NCBI GenBank assembly: GCA_964547685.1
Contig: CAZJOU010000001.1
Location: 17,911 to 60,291, forward strand
Direction: 5' to 3'
Length of the DNA stretch: 42,381 nucleotides
DNA from: an uncultured Treponema sp.
GTDB taxonomy: Bacteria > Spirochaetota > Spirochaetia > Treponematales > Treponemataceae
The position numbers and the translations under genes are program-made. How positions within the stretch are numbered: the first letter of the stretch is position 1; each line of letters begins with the position of its first letter. Below are positions 1 to 8,657 of the stretch, piece by piece. The notes beneath the pieces were generated by a model. That model saw only the letters and a program-made list of their open reading frames with translations, was not told where the DNA came from and did not search any database.

Positions 1-60
1 CCGATAATGACTTAGCGCTGTATATCTAGCAAGCCGATAATGACTTGCTAATAATGACTT
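1..60. repeat. Partial/degenerate GTCATT-type REP-like repeats (cut by the window edge)
   Basis: CCGATAATGACTT at 1-13 and 34-46, ATAATGACTT again at 51-60. Inverted repeat TAGCAAG (27-33)/CTTGCTA (44-50). The reverse complement reads GTCATTATCGGCTTG, similar to the elements at 7469, 28645 and 34946. Confidence 0.6.
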
Positions 61-61
61 A

Positions 62-1954
62 TTAAAAAAGCGAATATTTTAATGCAAAAGAGCCTTCTAA
101 TCCTTGCGCAAATTCTCCAGATTTATTTTTATTGTTTATAACAAACGAATAAGTTATTCGTCCGTCCAACGAAAAATTTTGGCTAAAATTATAAGTTCCC
201 TTAAGTGTTATTCCGTTTGTAAATTGAACAGTTCCTGTTAAAACATAAGTACGCGCAATATCTTCCGCTTCTTCGTCAGTAATAAGTCCCATTTTTCGTA
301 AAACGCTTGGATAATAAGCATAATATTTTTTGCCGTCAATTTCTATTGTATTATTAAAAATACCAAAAGAATTTGTTCCGTGCGCAACAAAAAGATAGTT
401 AAATTCTGCGCTCCATTTTCTTGGTTGAACATAACCAACTTTTAATTGTGCGCCCAAAGCGTCTGGTCCAAACGGTGAACCAATCCAAGAGCAAAGCGGA
501 ACACTTGTATTATTTTGCATATCGTTTCTTGTTGCGTAAAGCGACCAATCTGCACCTTGTTTTATATAACAAAACGGAGTTGTGTAAACGCCTTCTATTG
601 CGCTGTTCCACCAACCGCCTTTGCTATCTGGAATGTTAAGTTCAAAACCCATCTGAAAACCTAAACTGTCTGGAATAGAATTTGCGCTTGCAGAACCTAA
701 TTCGTAAAAAGTTTGCATTTCGTTTTGTGCGTAAAGCATATAAAGTCGCGAATACTTAAATGGCGTAAATTCCAAAGAAACTCCCATACATTGACAAATA
801 TGCGCTTCTCCATAAATATTTTTTTCATCGTCAGAAACGTAATCACTATCTTCCCAAGAACCGTACGAATGCATAATCATTAAAGGATTTAAATGTTTTA
901 TTTCAAAACCACTTTGAACTAAAGTTGCCTCGGAAATTCCAATTTTTATCCAATCAAAAATCGGTCGCGCTTCTACATGGTGCATATAAAGATATTTATC
1001 TGTAGAAACTTGAACAACATCAAGATTATATTTTAAGCGTGGCGAAAAAAGATTTAACTGAAAATATCCTTCTGTATCAAAAGTTGAATTATAAATTACC
1101 GAACCTGTAAGGGTTTTTCCAATTTGAAGTCCGTTTCGCCCAAAACTTGCGTTTACGCCCCATTTTTCAAAAGTTTTTCCAGCACTTCCATAAGAATAAC
1201 GAGGCCACATAAAATCCATATCGCTAGAATTGTAAAAAATATTTGTAAAATTAGAATCAGAAGACATTCCCCAAAAACTTTTTGCAAATGTAATTCCTGT
1301 TTGAATTATAAAATAGTCGCTCCAACCTAAATAAAGTGGCAAATCTAAAAACGGAGTTGCTCCATACGAACCTAAAAATCCGGAATATGCGCCATATTCG
1401 TCATCGCTATAATTTATTGTTGGGCGAGCAAGCAAATGTCCTTCAGAATCTTTATGATTTTCGTTCCAGTCAGTCCAATTAATATTAGAATCTTTGTAGT
1501 TTTCGCTAGATAAAATATCATAACTATCCACAGAATTTTTATTTCCAGAATAATCTGTTGCAAAAGTCCAATCTATATCAGAGTTTGTCTTAAAAACTGC
1601 GCTAGGCGAAGCATTTAAGTTAAATCCAAAATAAACTGGTCCCATATCAATTTTTTCGTATTTTTTAAAATTTTTAGAAGAAAGAAATTCCGAAACTTCG
1701 TCGTAAAGTTTTTGACCACTTTCGCTAAGTTTTTCGTACGGAATAAGATTTAAATACATTTTTAGTTCGCCAGCCGAGATTGGCGCATTTGTAGCAAAAC
1801 TAGTTCTTTTAGTTTCGTTATTAAGCATAAAAATAGCGTCGTAAACCCAATGCCCAGCTGGAATTAACTGATTAGAAGAATAAACCTGACAAAAAAGCGA
1901 AGAAGAAAAAACAAACAAAGCAAACCAAAGTGCAATATTTTTTTTAATGCGCAT
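62..1954 (-). CDS. Exported, probably outer-membrane beta-barrel protein; capsule assembly Wzi-like
   Basis: 630 aa ORF with signal peptide, N-terminal IPAGHWVYDAI helical segment, aromatic/Gly-rich alternating strands, GSPFGPD motif and C-terminal Phe (LKYSLF). Divergent from glycosyltransferase genes. The family call is by eye. Confidence 0.55.
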   Translation of the reverse strand: MRIKKNIALWFALFVFSSSLFCQVYSSNQLIPAGHWVYDAIFMLNNETKRTSFATNAPISAGELKMYLNLIPYEKLSESGQKLYDEVSEFLSSKNFKKYEKIDMGPVYFGFNLNASPSAVFKTNSDIDWTFATDYSGNKNSVDSYDILSSENYKDSNINWTDWNENHKDSEGHLLARPTINYSDDEYGAYSGFLGSYGATPFLDLPLYLGWSDYFIIQTGITFAKSFWGMSSDSNFTNIFYNSSDMDFMWPRYSYGSAGKTFEKWGVNASFGRNGLQIGKTLTGSVIYNSTFDTEGYFQLNLFSPRLKYNLDVVQVSTDKYLYMHHVEARPIFDWIKIGISEATLVQSGFEIKHLNPLMIMHSYGSWEDSDYVSDDEKNIYGEAHICQCMGVSLEFTPFKYSRLYMLYAQNEMQTFYELGSASANSIPDSLGFQMGFELNIPDSKGGWWNSAIEGVYTTPFCYIKQGADWSLYATRNDMQNNTSVPLCSWIGSPFGPDALGAQLKVGYVQPRKWSAEFNYLFVAHGTNSFGIFNNTIEIDGKKYYAYYPSVLRKMGLITDEEAEDIARTYVLTGTVQFTNGITLKGTYNFSQNFSLDGRITYSFVINNKNKSGEFAQGLEGSFALKYSLF

Positions 1955-2035
1955 AACAATATTTTTAACATTTTTACAAGTTTTGTGCTACTAATAGCAA
2001 TTAATAAAATTAATAATTAATAATTCTTAATTGAA

Positions 2036-2116
2036 TTTAAGAGGGCGCCTGCCCTACGGCTCAACTGCTTCGCATTTTCGCCTACCCCTCTAAACTGCGC
2101 ACCGCATTCGCTGCGC
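2036..2116. other. GC-rich structured intergenic element (MITE/REP-like or small RNA)
   Basis: 48/76 G+C over 2041-2116 in an AT-rich context. TTTAAGAGGG (2036-2045) is nearly complementary to CCCTCTAAA (2086-2094). Internal hairpins AGGGC-GCCT-GCCCT and GCGCA...TGCGC. Flanked by TAATAAT/TAATTCC heptamer-like repeats. Confidence 0.5.
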
Positions 2117-2148
2117 TAATTCCTATTTCCTAATTAAACAAAATCTTC

Positions 2149-2154
2149 TATAAT
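2149..2154 (+). promoter_or_regulatory. sigma70 -10 box, candidate leaderless promoter of the glycan operon
   Basis: Perfect TATAAT 6 nt before the ATG at 2161; no Shine-Dalgarno; weak -35. Confidence 0.55.
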
Positions 2155-2160
2155 AAAAAA

Positions 2161-3237
2161 ATGAAACTTGCTATAGATTGCCGAATGACAAACAGTGGCG
2201 GAGTCGGCTCTTATTTAAACGCACTTCTTCCCTATCTTACAAAAAAAAATAATTGCATTCTTTTAGGAAACAAAAGCGAACTTAATAAATTTAAATCACA
2301 AACTACAGAAATTATAGACGTTAATATAAAACCATTTTCGCTAAAAGAACTTTTTGCTTTTCCAAAAAAAATTGCAAAAAAAATAAATAGTTGCGACATT
2401 TTTTATTCGCCATATTTTAATATTCCAAAAGGAATAAAAATTCCAATTTACACAACAATTCACGACGTTGTTTTTTTAGACATTCCAGACTTAGCCGGAA
2501 AACCTGGAACATTTATTCGCAAAGTTTTTTATAATTACGCAATCTTAAAATCAAAAAAAATTTTTACAGTTTCAGAATTTTCTAAAAGTCGCATAATTTT
2601 CAATTTAAATTGCAAAAAGCCAATTATTGTAACTTATAATGCAGTTCCAGAATGGTTTTTAAAAAACAAAAACGAATCAAAAATCAAAACAGAAAAAGAA
2701 AATTCTATACTTTTTGTAGGAAACATAAAAAAACACAAAGGACTTTCTGTTTTAATAGATGCGCTAAAAATTGCAAAAAACAAAGGTTTTAATCTTACGC
2801 TAAAAATTGTGGGAAATGCAGAAAATTTTCGCACACAAGATGAATCAATTTTTAATAAAATAAACGAAGTTCCTAAAGGTTCTGTAGAATTTACAGGAAG
2901 AATAAGCGATGAAGAACTAAAAAATCTTTACAAAAAAACAAAACGACTTATTCAACCTTCGCTTTACGAAGGATTTGGAATGCCACCGCTAGAAGCAATG
3001 TCGCTTGGAACAAAAGCAATAATTTCCGACATTCCAGTTTTTAAGGAAATTTACAAAGATTTTCCAGTTACATTTTTTAAATCTGAAGATTGTAACGATT
3101 TAGCAGAAAAATTGCTTTCTATAAAGAACGAAGACGACAAAATATTAAATTTTCCGCAAATTTATTCATTTGAAAAAACTGCGGATATTATTCAAAAAAC
3201 TTTTGAAAATGATTTTAAGTTGGAGCAAAAAAAATGA
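2161..3237 (+). CDS. Glycosyltransferase family 4 (MtfB-like mannosyltransferase)
   Basis: TIHD, TVSEFS, FVGNIKKHKG and PSLYEGFGMPPLEAM (EX7E) motifs. Confidence 0.9.
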   Translation: MKLAIDCRMTNSGGVGSYLNALLPYLTKKNNCILLGNKSELNKFKSQTTEIIDVNIKPFSLKELFAFPKKIAKKINSCDIFYSPYFNIPKGIKIPIYTTIHDVVFLDIPDLAGKPGTFIRKVFYNYAILKSKKIFTVSEFSKSRIIFNLNCKKPIIVTYNAVPEWFLKNKNESKIKTEKENSILFVGNIKKHKGLSVLIDALKIAKNKGFNLTLKIVGNAENFRTQDESIFNKINEVPKGSVEFTGRISDEELKNLYKKTKRLIQPSLYEGFGMPPLEAMSLGTKAIISDIPVFKEIYKDFPVTFFKSEDCNDLAEKLLSIKNEDDKILNFPQIYSFEKTADIIQKTFENDFKLEQKK

Positions 3238-4346
3238 AAGTTGCAATTGTTCACGATTGGCTTGTAAATTATGGCGGAGCGGAACTTTTTGTTGAATACT
3301 TACTAAAACTGTATCCAGAAGCAGAAATTTTTACGCTTGTTTACGATAAAAAGCGAATTAGTCCGCATTTTGCAAACTGTAAAATTCACACTTCTAAAAT
3401 ACAAAAAATTCCTTTTGCTACAAAAATTTACACAAAACTTTTAAAATTTATGCCCGCCGCATTTGAATCTTTTGATTTTTCTAACTTTGATTTAGTAATT
3501 TCGTCTTCTTCGTGTTGCGCAAAAGGCGTAATAACGCCACCTTACGTTCCGCACATTGCATTTATTCATTCGCCAATGCGTTACGCTTGGGATTTATTTT
3601 TTGACTACAGAAAACGTAGCGGCCGACTTACTCAATTTTTTATGAACCGCTGGATTCCAAATCTACGCCTTTGGGACTACGTTTCTAGCCAACGAATTGA
3701 CACAATAATTGCAAATTCTAAGTTTATTGCGCGCAGAATAAAAAAGTTTTGGAATCGCGACGCAAAAGTAATTTATTTACCAGTTGATGTAAGTCGCTTT
3801 AATCCTACGGAAAAACCGCGCGAAGATTTTTACGTTGCTTTTAGCCGCCTTGTTCCATATAAACGAATTGACTTAGCAATTTCTGCTTGCAAAAAACTTA
3901 AAAAAAAACTTGTTGTAATCGGTGGCGGTTCCGAAATGGAAAACTTAAAAAAATTAGCCGGAAACAACAAGAACATAACTTTTTTAGGGCGAGCAAGTGA
4001 CCAAGTTCTAGAAGATTATTTACAACGTTGCAAAGCACTTTTGTTTTGCGCAGAAGAAGACTTTGGCTTTGTTCCACTAGAAGCACAAGCGTGTGGCGCT
4101 CCTGTAATTGCGTACGGACGTGGTGGCGCACTAGAAACAGTTATAAACGAAAAAACAGGAATTTTTTTTAATAGCCAAACTCCAGAATCTTTAGCAAGCG
4201 CAATAGAAAGGTTTGAAAAACTAGATTCAGAAGGAAAATTTAATAAAAACGAAATTGTTTCGCACGCTCGCTCTTTTACAGAAGAACGTTTCCAGCAAGA
4301 ATTTTTGGCTACTGTACAAGAAACCGTTAAAAAGTTAAAATATTAA
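3234..4346 (+). CDS. Glycosyltransferase family 4 (WbaZ-like)
   Basis: MKVAIVHDWLVNYGGAE start, HSPMRYAWD, SRLVPYKRID and EEDFGFVPLEAQACG motifs; ATGA overlap with the upstream gene. Confidence 0.9.
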   Translation: MKVAIVHDWLVNYGGAELFVEYLLKLYPEAEIFTLVYDKKRISPHFANCKIHTSKIQKIPFATKIYTKLLKFMPAAFESFDFSNFDLVISSSSCCAKGVITPPYVPHIAFIHSPMRYAWDLFFDYRKRSGRLTQFFMNRWIPNLRLWDYVSSQRIDTIIANSKFIARRIKKFWNRDAKVIYLPVDVSRFNPTEKPREDFYVAFSRLVPYKRIDLAISACKKLKKKLVVIGGGSEMENLKKLAGNNKNITFLGRASDQVLEDYLQRCKALLFCAEEDFGFVPLEAQACGAPVIAYGRGGALETVINEKTGIFFNSQTPESLASAIERFEKLDSEGKFNKNEIVSHARSFTEERFQQEFLATVQETVKKLKY

Positions 4347-4350
4347 GCCT

Positions 4351-5826
4351 ATGACCACAACAGAATTTATTGCATATTTTAAGAAAACTTACAAAAACAG
4401 AACAAGTTCATTTTTCTCTGGTCTTTTAATTATGCTTTCCGATGCAATCGCTCTTTTTTGTTGCATTGGACTTGCATTTTTAATAATAAACTTTATAAAT
4501 CCGTCTGCAATCAATTTTAGGTCATTTGTATATTATTCAGTTTTTTTTCCACTTATTTTAGTCGTTTTTTACGCCGCAGGACTTTACCCAGGAATTATGA
4601 TTTCGCCCTCGGACGAAGTTAGAAAAATAACTATTATTTCATTTTTTTGCTACATCGGAATTTGCATTGCAATTGTTTTTTTTGGCGCAGATGATGAAAG
4701 CCTTGCAAGCGCAGTTGTAGAAAATATAGTCCGTGATAGCGACAATTGGGGCGTTGTGTGTGCATTTTTATTAGCAGTTCCAATTACTTCAATAGGACTT
4801 CCTTCTGCCCGCGAAATTTCAAGACATCTTTTTGGAAAATTCAGTTTTTACGGAGTTCCAGCCGTTATTTACTGTACAAACGATAGTGCTAAAGAAGTTA
4901 TAACTAGACTTATAAAACGCCCAGATTTAGGTTATAAACCAGCAGTAGTAATAGATAGCAATGCAACAGAATGTTATATGGAAAACGGAATTCCTGTTTT
5001 TCCAGATTCAAAAGAAATTCTTGATGTTATAAAAAAATTAAAAATAAAAGTTGCAATTGTCTGCGATTTTAAGGGAAATCAAAAACCAATAAGAAATTTT
5101 TATCGTTATACAATAAGCATTTTTAGTCATCAAGAAATTCTAACTTCTTCCATGCAAACAAGAGATTTAGGTGGCATTTTAGGATTTTCTTCTACACATA
5201 ACCTTACAAAAAGATGGAATCTATTTATAAAACGCTTTATAGATTTATTTTTGTGCATAATTGCTGCCGTTATTGTAATTCCTTTTTCTATAATAATTGG
5301 AATAATAATTAAAATAACTTCGCCTGGACCTATTTTTTACGGACACAAACGTGTTGGAAAAAATGGCAAAGAAATAAAATGCTGGAAATTCCGTTCTATG
5401 TGCAATAATTCACAAGAAATATTGGAAAAAATCTTAAAGGAAGATCCAGTTAGACGTGCAGAATGGGAAAAAGACAGAAAATTTGTAGATGACCCTAGAG
5501 TTACGAAATTCGGAAAGTTTTTAAGAAAAACTAGTTTAGACGAACTTCCGCAACTTTGGAACATTTTTATTGGCGAAATGAGTTTTGTAGGTCCACGTCC
5601 AGTTACAAAAGATGAACTAGAAAAATATGGTGAAAACGCAGAATTTATTCTTTCTGTAAAACCAGGTCTTTCTGGAATGTGGCAAATTTCTGGTCGTTCA
5701 GACACTGGCTATGAAGAACGCATTACGCTAGACACATATTACATTCAAAACTGGTCTGTTTGGCTTGACATTTGGATTATAATAAAAACTGTTTGGGTTG
5801 TAATAAACGGAAAAGGTGCATATTAA
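4351..5826 (+). CDS. wbaP: Undecaprenyl-phosphate hexose-1-phosphate transferase (WbaP/WcaJ family priming enzyme)
   Basis: N-terminal TM helices and a C-terminal Bac_transf domain: KRFID, KFRSM, DDPRVTKFGKFLRKTSLDELPQ, GEMSFVGPRP, KPGLSGMWQISGRS. Confidence 0.88.
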   Translation: MTTTEFIAYFKKTYKNRTSSFFSGLLIMLSDAIALFCCIGLAFLIINFINPSAINFRSFVYYSVFFPLILVVFYAAGLYPGIMISPSDEVRKITIISFFCYIGICIAIVFFGADDESLASAVVENIVRDSDNWGVVCAFLLAVPITSIGLPSAREISRHLFGKFSFYGVPAVIYCTNDSAKEVITRLIKRPDLGYKPAVVIDSNATECYMENGIPVFPDSKEILDVIKKLKIKVAIVCDFKGNQKPIRNFYRYTISIFSHQEILTSSMQTRDLGGILGFSSTHNLTKRWNLFIKRFIDLFLCIIAAVIVIPFSIIIGIIIKITSPGPIFYGHKRVGKNGKEIKCWKFRSMCNNSQEILEKILKEDPVRRAEWEKDRKFVDDPRVTKFGKFLRKTSLDELPQLWNIFIGEMSFVGPRPVTKDELEKYGENAEFILSVKPGLSGMWQISGRSDTGYEERITLDTYYIQNWSVWLDIWIIIKTVWVVINGKGAY

Positions 5827-5827
5827 A

Positions 5828-7462
5828 ATGAAAAAACTTTTTGCATTTATATTGTTTTTATTTGCTCTTACAAGCGCATTTTCTTCTTCTTACGTAATAA
5901 AAGATGTAAAATATAACATAATTGGTTCTACTCGCGAATATGCACTTAAAACAAAAGTTCCAATAGATTTTAAAAGAGAATTTAAGGACGAAGATGAACT
6001 TTTAAAATATATTTCCGACATAAAAAAACAAATTGAAAATACAAGAAATTTTGATTCTGTAGATGTTGATTTTAAGGTTTCTACACTGCCAGAAAAAACA
6101 ACAACAGAAACTTCAACAGAAGACACAGAAGAAAGTAATAAAGAAAACGAAAATAATGAAAAATATGACGTTACTTTATTTGTAACTGTAGATGATTCTT
6201 TCCATCTTATTGCAACTCCGTACCCAAAATATTCTTCTGGCGATTCTTTTACTTTGTCGTTAAAAGCAAAAGACACAAACTTTTTAGGTTCAATGGAAAC
6301 GCTAACTGCAGATGGAAACTTTAAAATTGAACTTGACGAAAACGACAATCCAGATAAATATTCTGTTGGAATTGGCTTTGATTTTGAAACGCCTTTTCAG
6401 CTTGGAAAACTTGATGCAGTTTGGGGAAATGCAGTCGATTTTTCTTATACTTTTGGCGAATCAACTCCAGAATGGGCGCTTGACACAAGTTTGGAACTTA
6501 CCAAAAAGTTTAAAAAAGTTTCTTTTGTAACCAAGTTTTCGCAAATTTTTAATCGCGACCTTGACTACGAAGAAGAAGAACTTAACGGCGAAACTGTTCA
6601 TTATGGCGACGGAACTTATTTTGGCGAAAAAATAGATTTTTCTATTCCAATTACGATTCAAGAAATTGATAACTGGGGAAAAATTTACTATACACCATTT
6701 TTTAACGGAACATACTATTGGGATTTTGACGGAATTAGCGACCAAAACGAAGATTTGCGCGGTCCTTCCATTTCGTTTGGTCAAAAAATTTCTACCGGAC
6801 GCGTAAATTGGGTAGAAAATTTTAGAAACGGACTAGAAGCATCTATAACAAGTTCTTTTGGCTACAATTTTTCTGTTTACGATTTTATTCCTTCAATTTC
6901 TGGCGAATTAAAAGCGTATAAAGCGTTTAAGCACTTTGCGTTTAGTACAGACATTTACGGTTTTGCAATAATGCACGGCACTGAAAATTTTGGCGACAGA
7001 TTACGCGGAATTCGAACAGACCAATATTTTGATGATGAGGTTTACATCGAAAATCCAGATTTATCTAAAACAGACAAAGCAACTAAATCTTCTGCAGGTT
7101 TAATTGTAAATATTGATCTTCCAATTCGTATTTGCAGAATATATTGGGACGAAATTCCTGTAATAAAAAAGATAAAGTTTGCAAAATACTTTAATTTGGA
7201 ACTTCAACTTTCACCGTTTATTGATTTTGCTTTATTTCATAACGAAGCGGCAGATTCAACGTTTAACTTAAAAGACGGATTTCTTTCTGGCGGTTTAGAA
7301 GCCATTGTATATCCTTTGCGTTGGAAAGGAATTCAAGTGCGCGGAAGTTTAGGAATTGATTTAAGTAGAAAAATGCCAAAAGCAAGCAGTTTCTTTGAGC
7401 AAGATTGGAGGGACAACGCAAAATCTTACGAAATTTCTATCGGACTTGGTTTGCATTACTAA
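5828..7462 (+). CDS. Omp85-superfamily-like outer membrane protein with one POTRA-like domain
   Basis: Start moved to the ATG at 5828 (MKKLFAF signal peptide), just after the wbaP stop. Contains a POTRA-like segment, DTNFLG, DRLRGI (VRGF/Y-like), PFIDFA (FxDxG-like) and a C-terminal strand ending in Tyr (GLGLHY). Confidence 0.6.
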   Translation: MKKLFAFILFLFALTSAFSSSYVIKDVKYNIIGSTREYALKTKVPIDFKREFKDEDELLKYISDIKKQIENTRNFDSVDVDFKVSTLPEKTTTETSTEDTEESNKENENNEKYDVTLFVTVDDSFHLIATPYPKYSSGDSFTLSLKAKDTNFLGSMETLTADGNFKIELDENDNPDKYSVGIGFDFETPFQLGKLDAVWGNAVDFSYTFGESTPEWALDTSLELTKKFKKVSFVTKFSQIFNRDLDYEEEELNGETVHYGDGTYFGEKIDFSIPITIQEIDNWGKIYYTPFFNGTYYWDFDGISDQNEDLRGPSISFGQKISTGRVNWVENFRNGLEASITSSFGYNFSVYDFIPSISGELKAYKAFKHFAFSTDIYGFAIMHGTENFGDRLRGIRTDQYFDDEVYIENPDLSKTDKATKSSAGLIVNIDLPIRICRIYWDEIPVIKKIKFAKYFNLELQLSPFIDFALFHNEAADSTFNLKDGFLSGGLEAIVYPLRWKGIQVRGSLGIDLSRKMPKASSFFEQDWRDNAKSYEISIGLGLHY

Positions 7463-7468
7463 AAAAAT

Positions 7469-7496
7469 GTCATTGCCGTACTTGATACGGCAATCT
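7469..7496. repeat. GTCATT-tagged REP-like palindrome; may serve as terminator between convergent genes
   Basis: GTC-ATTGCCGTA-CTTGA-TACGGCAAT-CT: perfect 9 bp stem, 5 nt loop. Confidence 0.75.
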
Positions 7497-7521
7497 ATTC
7501 TATTTAGACAGAAATTGCAAA

Positions 7522-8628
7522 TTATTGTGGAGTAATTTCATTTAATCTTACAAATGCTTTGTTTTTCCAATAATCTTCTGGTTCGTAATCTTTTAGAATA
7601 TTAAACAACTGAATGCAGAAAATTAAATCGTTATTTTGGTAACTTAAATCGGCAAGGTTATAAAATCCTTCCCAAACATTATTTTCTGTTCCCCATAAAA
7701 CAATATCCGAATACAAAGTCGCTTCTTTTAGAACAGAATCTAAACCAGAAACTTCAAAATCTGCATTTCGCTTTTTTAAAATATCTACAATTTTTGAATA
7801 TGCCGTTATAACGCCAAGTTGCGAAGTATGAAGTGCTTTTTCCTTTTCATTTCGCTCTTTGTAAAAATCAGTAAGGTCAAAATACGCTTTTAAAAGACTG
7901 TAATTTGTACATCTGTAAAGACTAAAAAACTTTTCAAGACAATCGCTTTTAGAACTTTCTACCGTTCTTTTCATAGATTTTTCTAACGATTCATTCTTAA
8001 AATCGCTACTTTGACTTAAAATTAAAAGCAAAAATTCTTCGTACTTTTCGTCTTTTCCTAAAAGTTTACTTACATTTGCAAGTTCGTACAAAATTGAATA
8101 TTTTTCGTCTTTTATATCAAGATTTTCCGAATTTTCATACGCATTAAAAAGATAATTATACGCAATTTCGTATTCGCCTTCTAAAGAATAGATTTTTCCT
8201 ATTAAAAAATCTGCTTCTGGAAAAGCAATATTTTTTCTTAAAAACGAAAGCAATTCATTTTTAGAATCGTTAAATCGTTCTTTTCCATATTTTGTAAAAT
8301 TTCTATTTATAATTTCAAGTGCATCTTCGCTTTGTCGCTCTTTAAGAATTTTTTCAATTCGTTCTAAGGAATCGCCTTGTCTTTTTACTTCTGCTGGCTT
8401 AAAAGCGTTTTCTAGCGTTAAAATTTCATATTCAATTTTTTGCTTTCGTTCAATTTTTGCTTTTTCCGCAATAGATAAAGCGTCTCCGTAATTTTGTTCA
8501 TCAAAAGCAATTTGCGCATTTTCTATAATTCGTTCATAACCGTGAATATAATCAGGCTTTTTTAAGTTTTGAGAATAAAAATCTACAGCAAAAAAAAGCA
8601 ACGTAATTGCAAAAACATTTTTTTTCAT
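7522..8628 (-). CDS. Exported alpha-helical TPR-like hypothetical protein
   Basis: 368 aa with a signal-peptide-like N terminus and TPR-like repeats (PEADFLIGKIYSLEGEYEIA; ILYELA). Confidence 0.65.
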   Translation of the reverse strand: MKKNVFAITLLFFAVDFYSQNLKKPDYIHGYERIIENAQIAFDEQNYGDALSIAEKAKIERKQKIEYEILTLENAFKPAEVKRQGDSLERIEKILKERQSEDALEIINRNFTKYGKERFNDSKNELLSFLRKNIAFPEADFLIGKIYSLEGEYEIAYNYLFNAYENSENLDIKDEKYSILYELANVSKLLGKDEKYEEFLLLILSQSSDFKNESLEKSMKRTVESSKSDCLEKFFSLYRCTNYSLLKAYFDLTDFYKERNEKEKALHTSQLGVITAYSKIVDILKKRNADFEVSGLDSVLKEATLYSDIVLWGTENNVWEGFYNLADLSYQNNDLIFCIQLFNILKDYEPEDYWKNKAFVRLNEITPQ

Positions 8629-8657
8629 TTTGATTCCTATAGCCGAATTTTAGAATT

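Noticed and set aside
1-60. Direct repeats resembling the edge of a CRISPR array
   Set aside because: The repeats are only 10-13 nt with irregular spacing (33 and 14 nt), no cas genes are present, and they match the REP-like family instead.
2241-3908. A9 homopolymers in the glycosyltransferases (2241-2249, 3900-3908) as phase-variation tracts
   Set aside because: Similar A/T runs occur throughout this AT-rich window, including housekeeping genes, and both ORFs are in frame.
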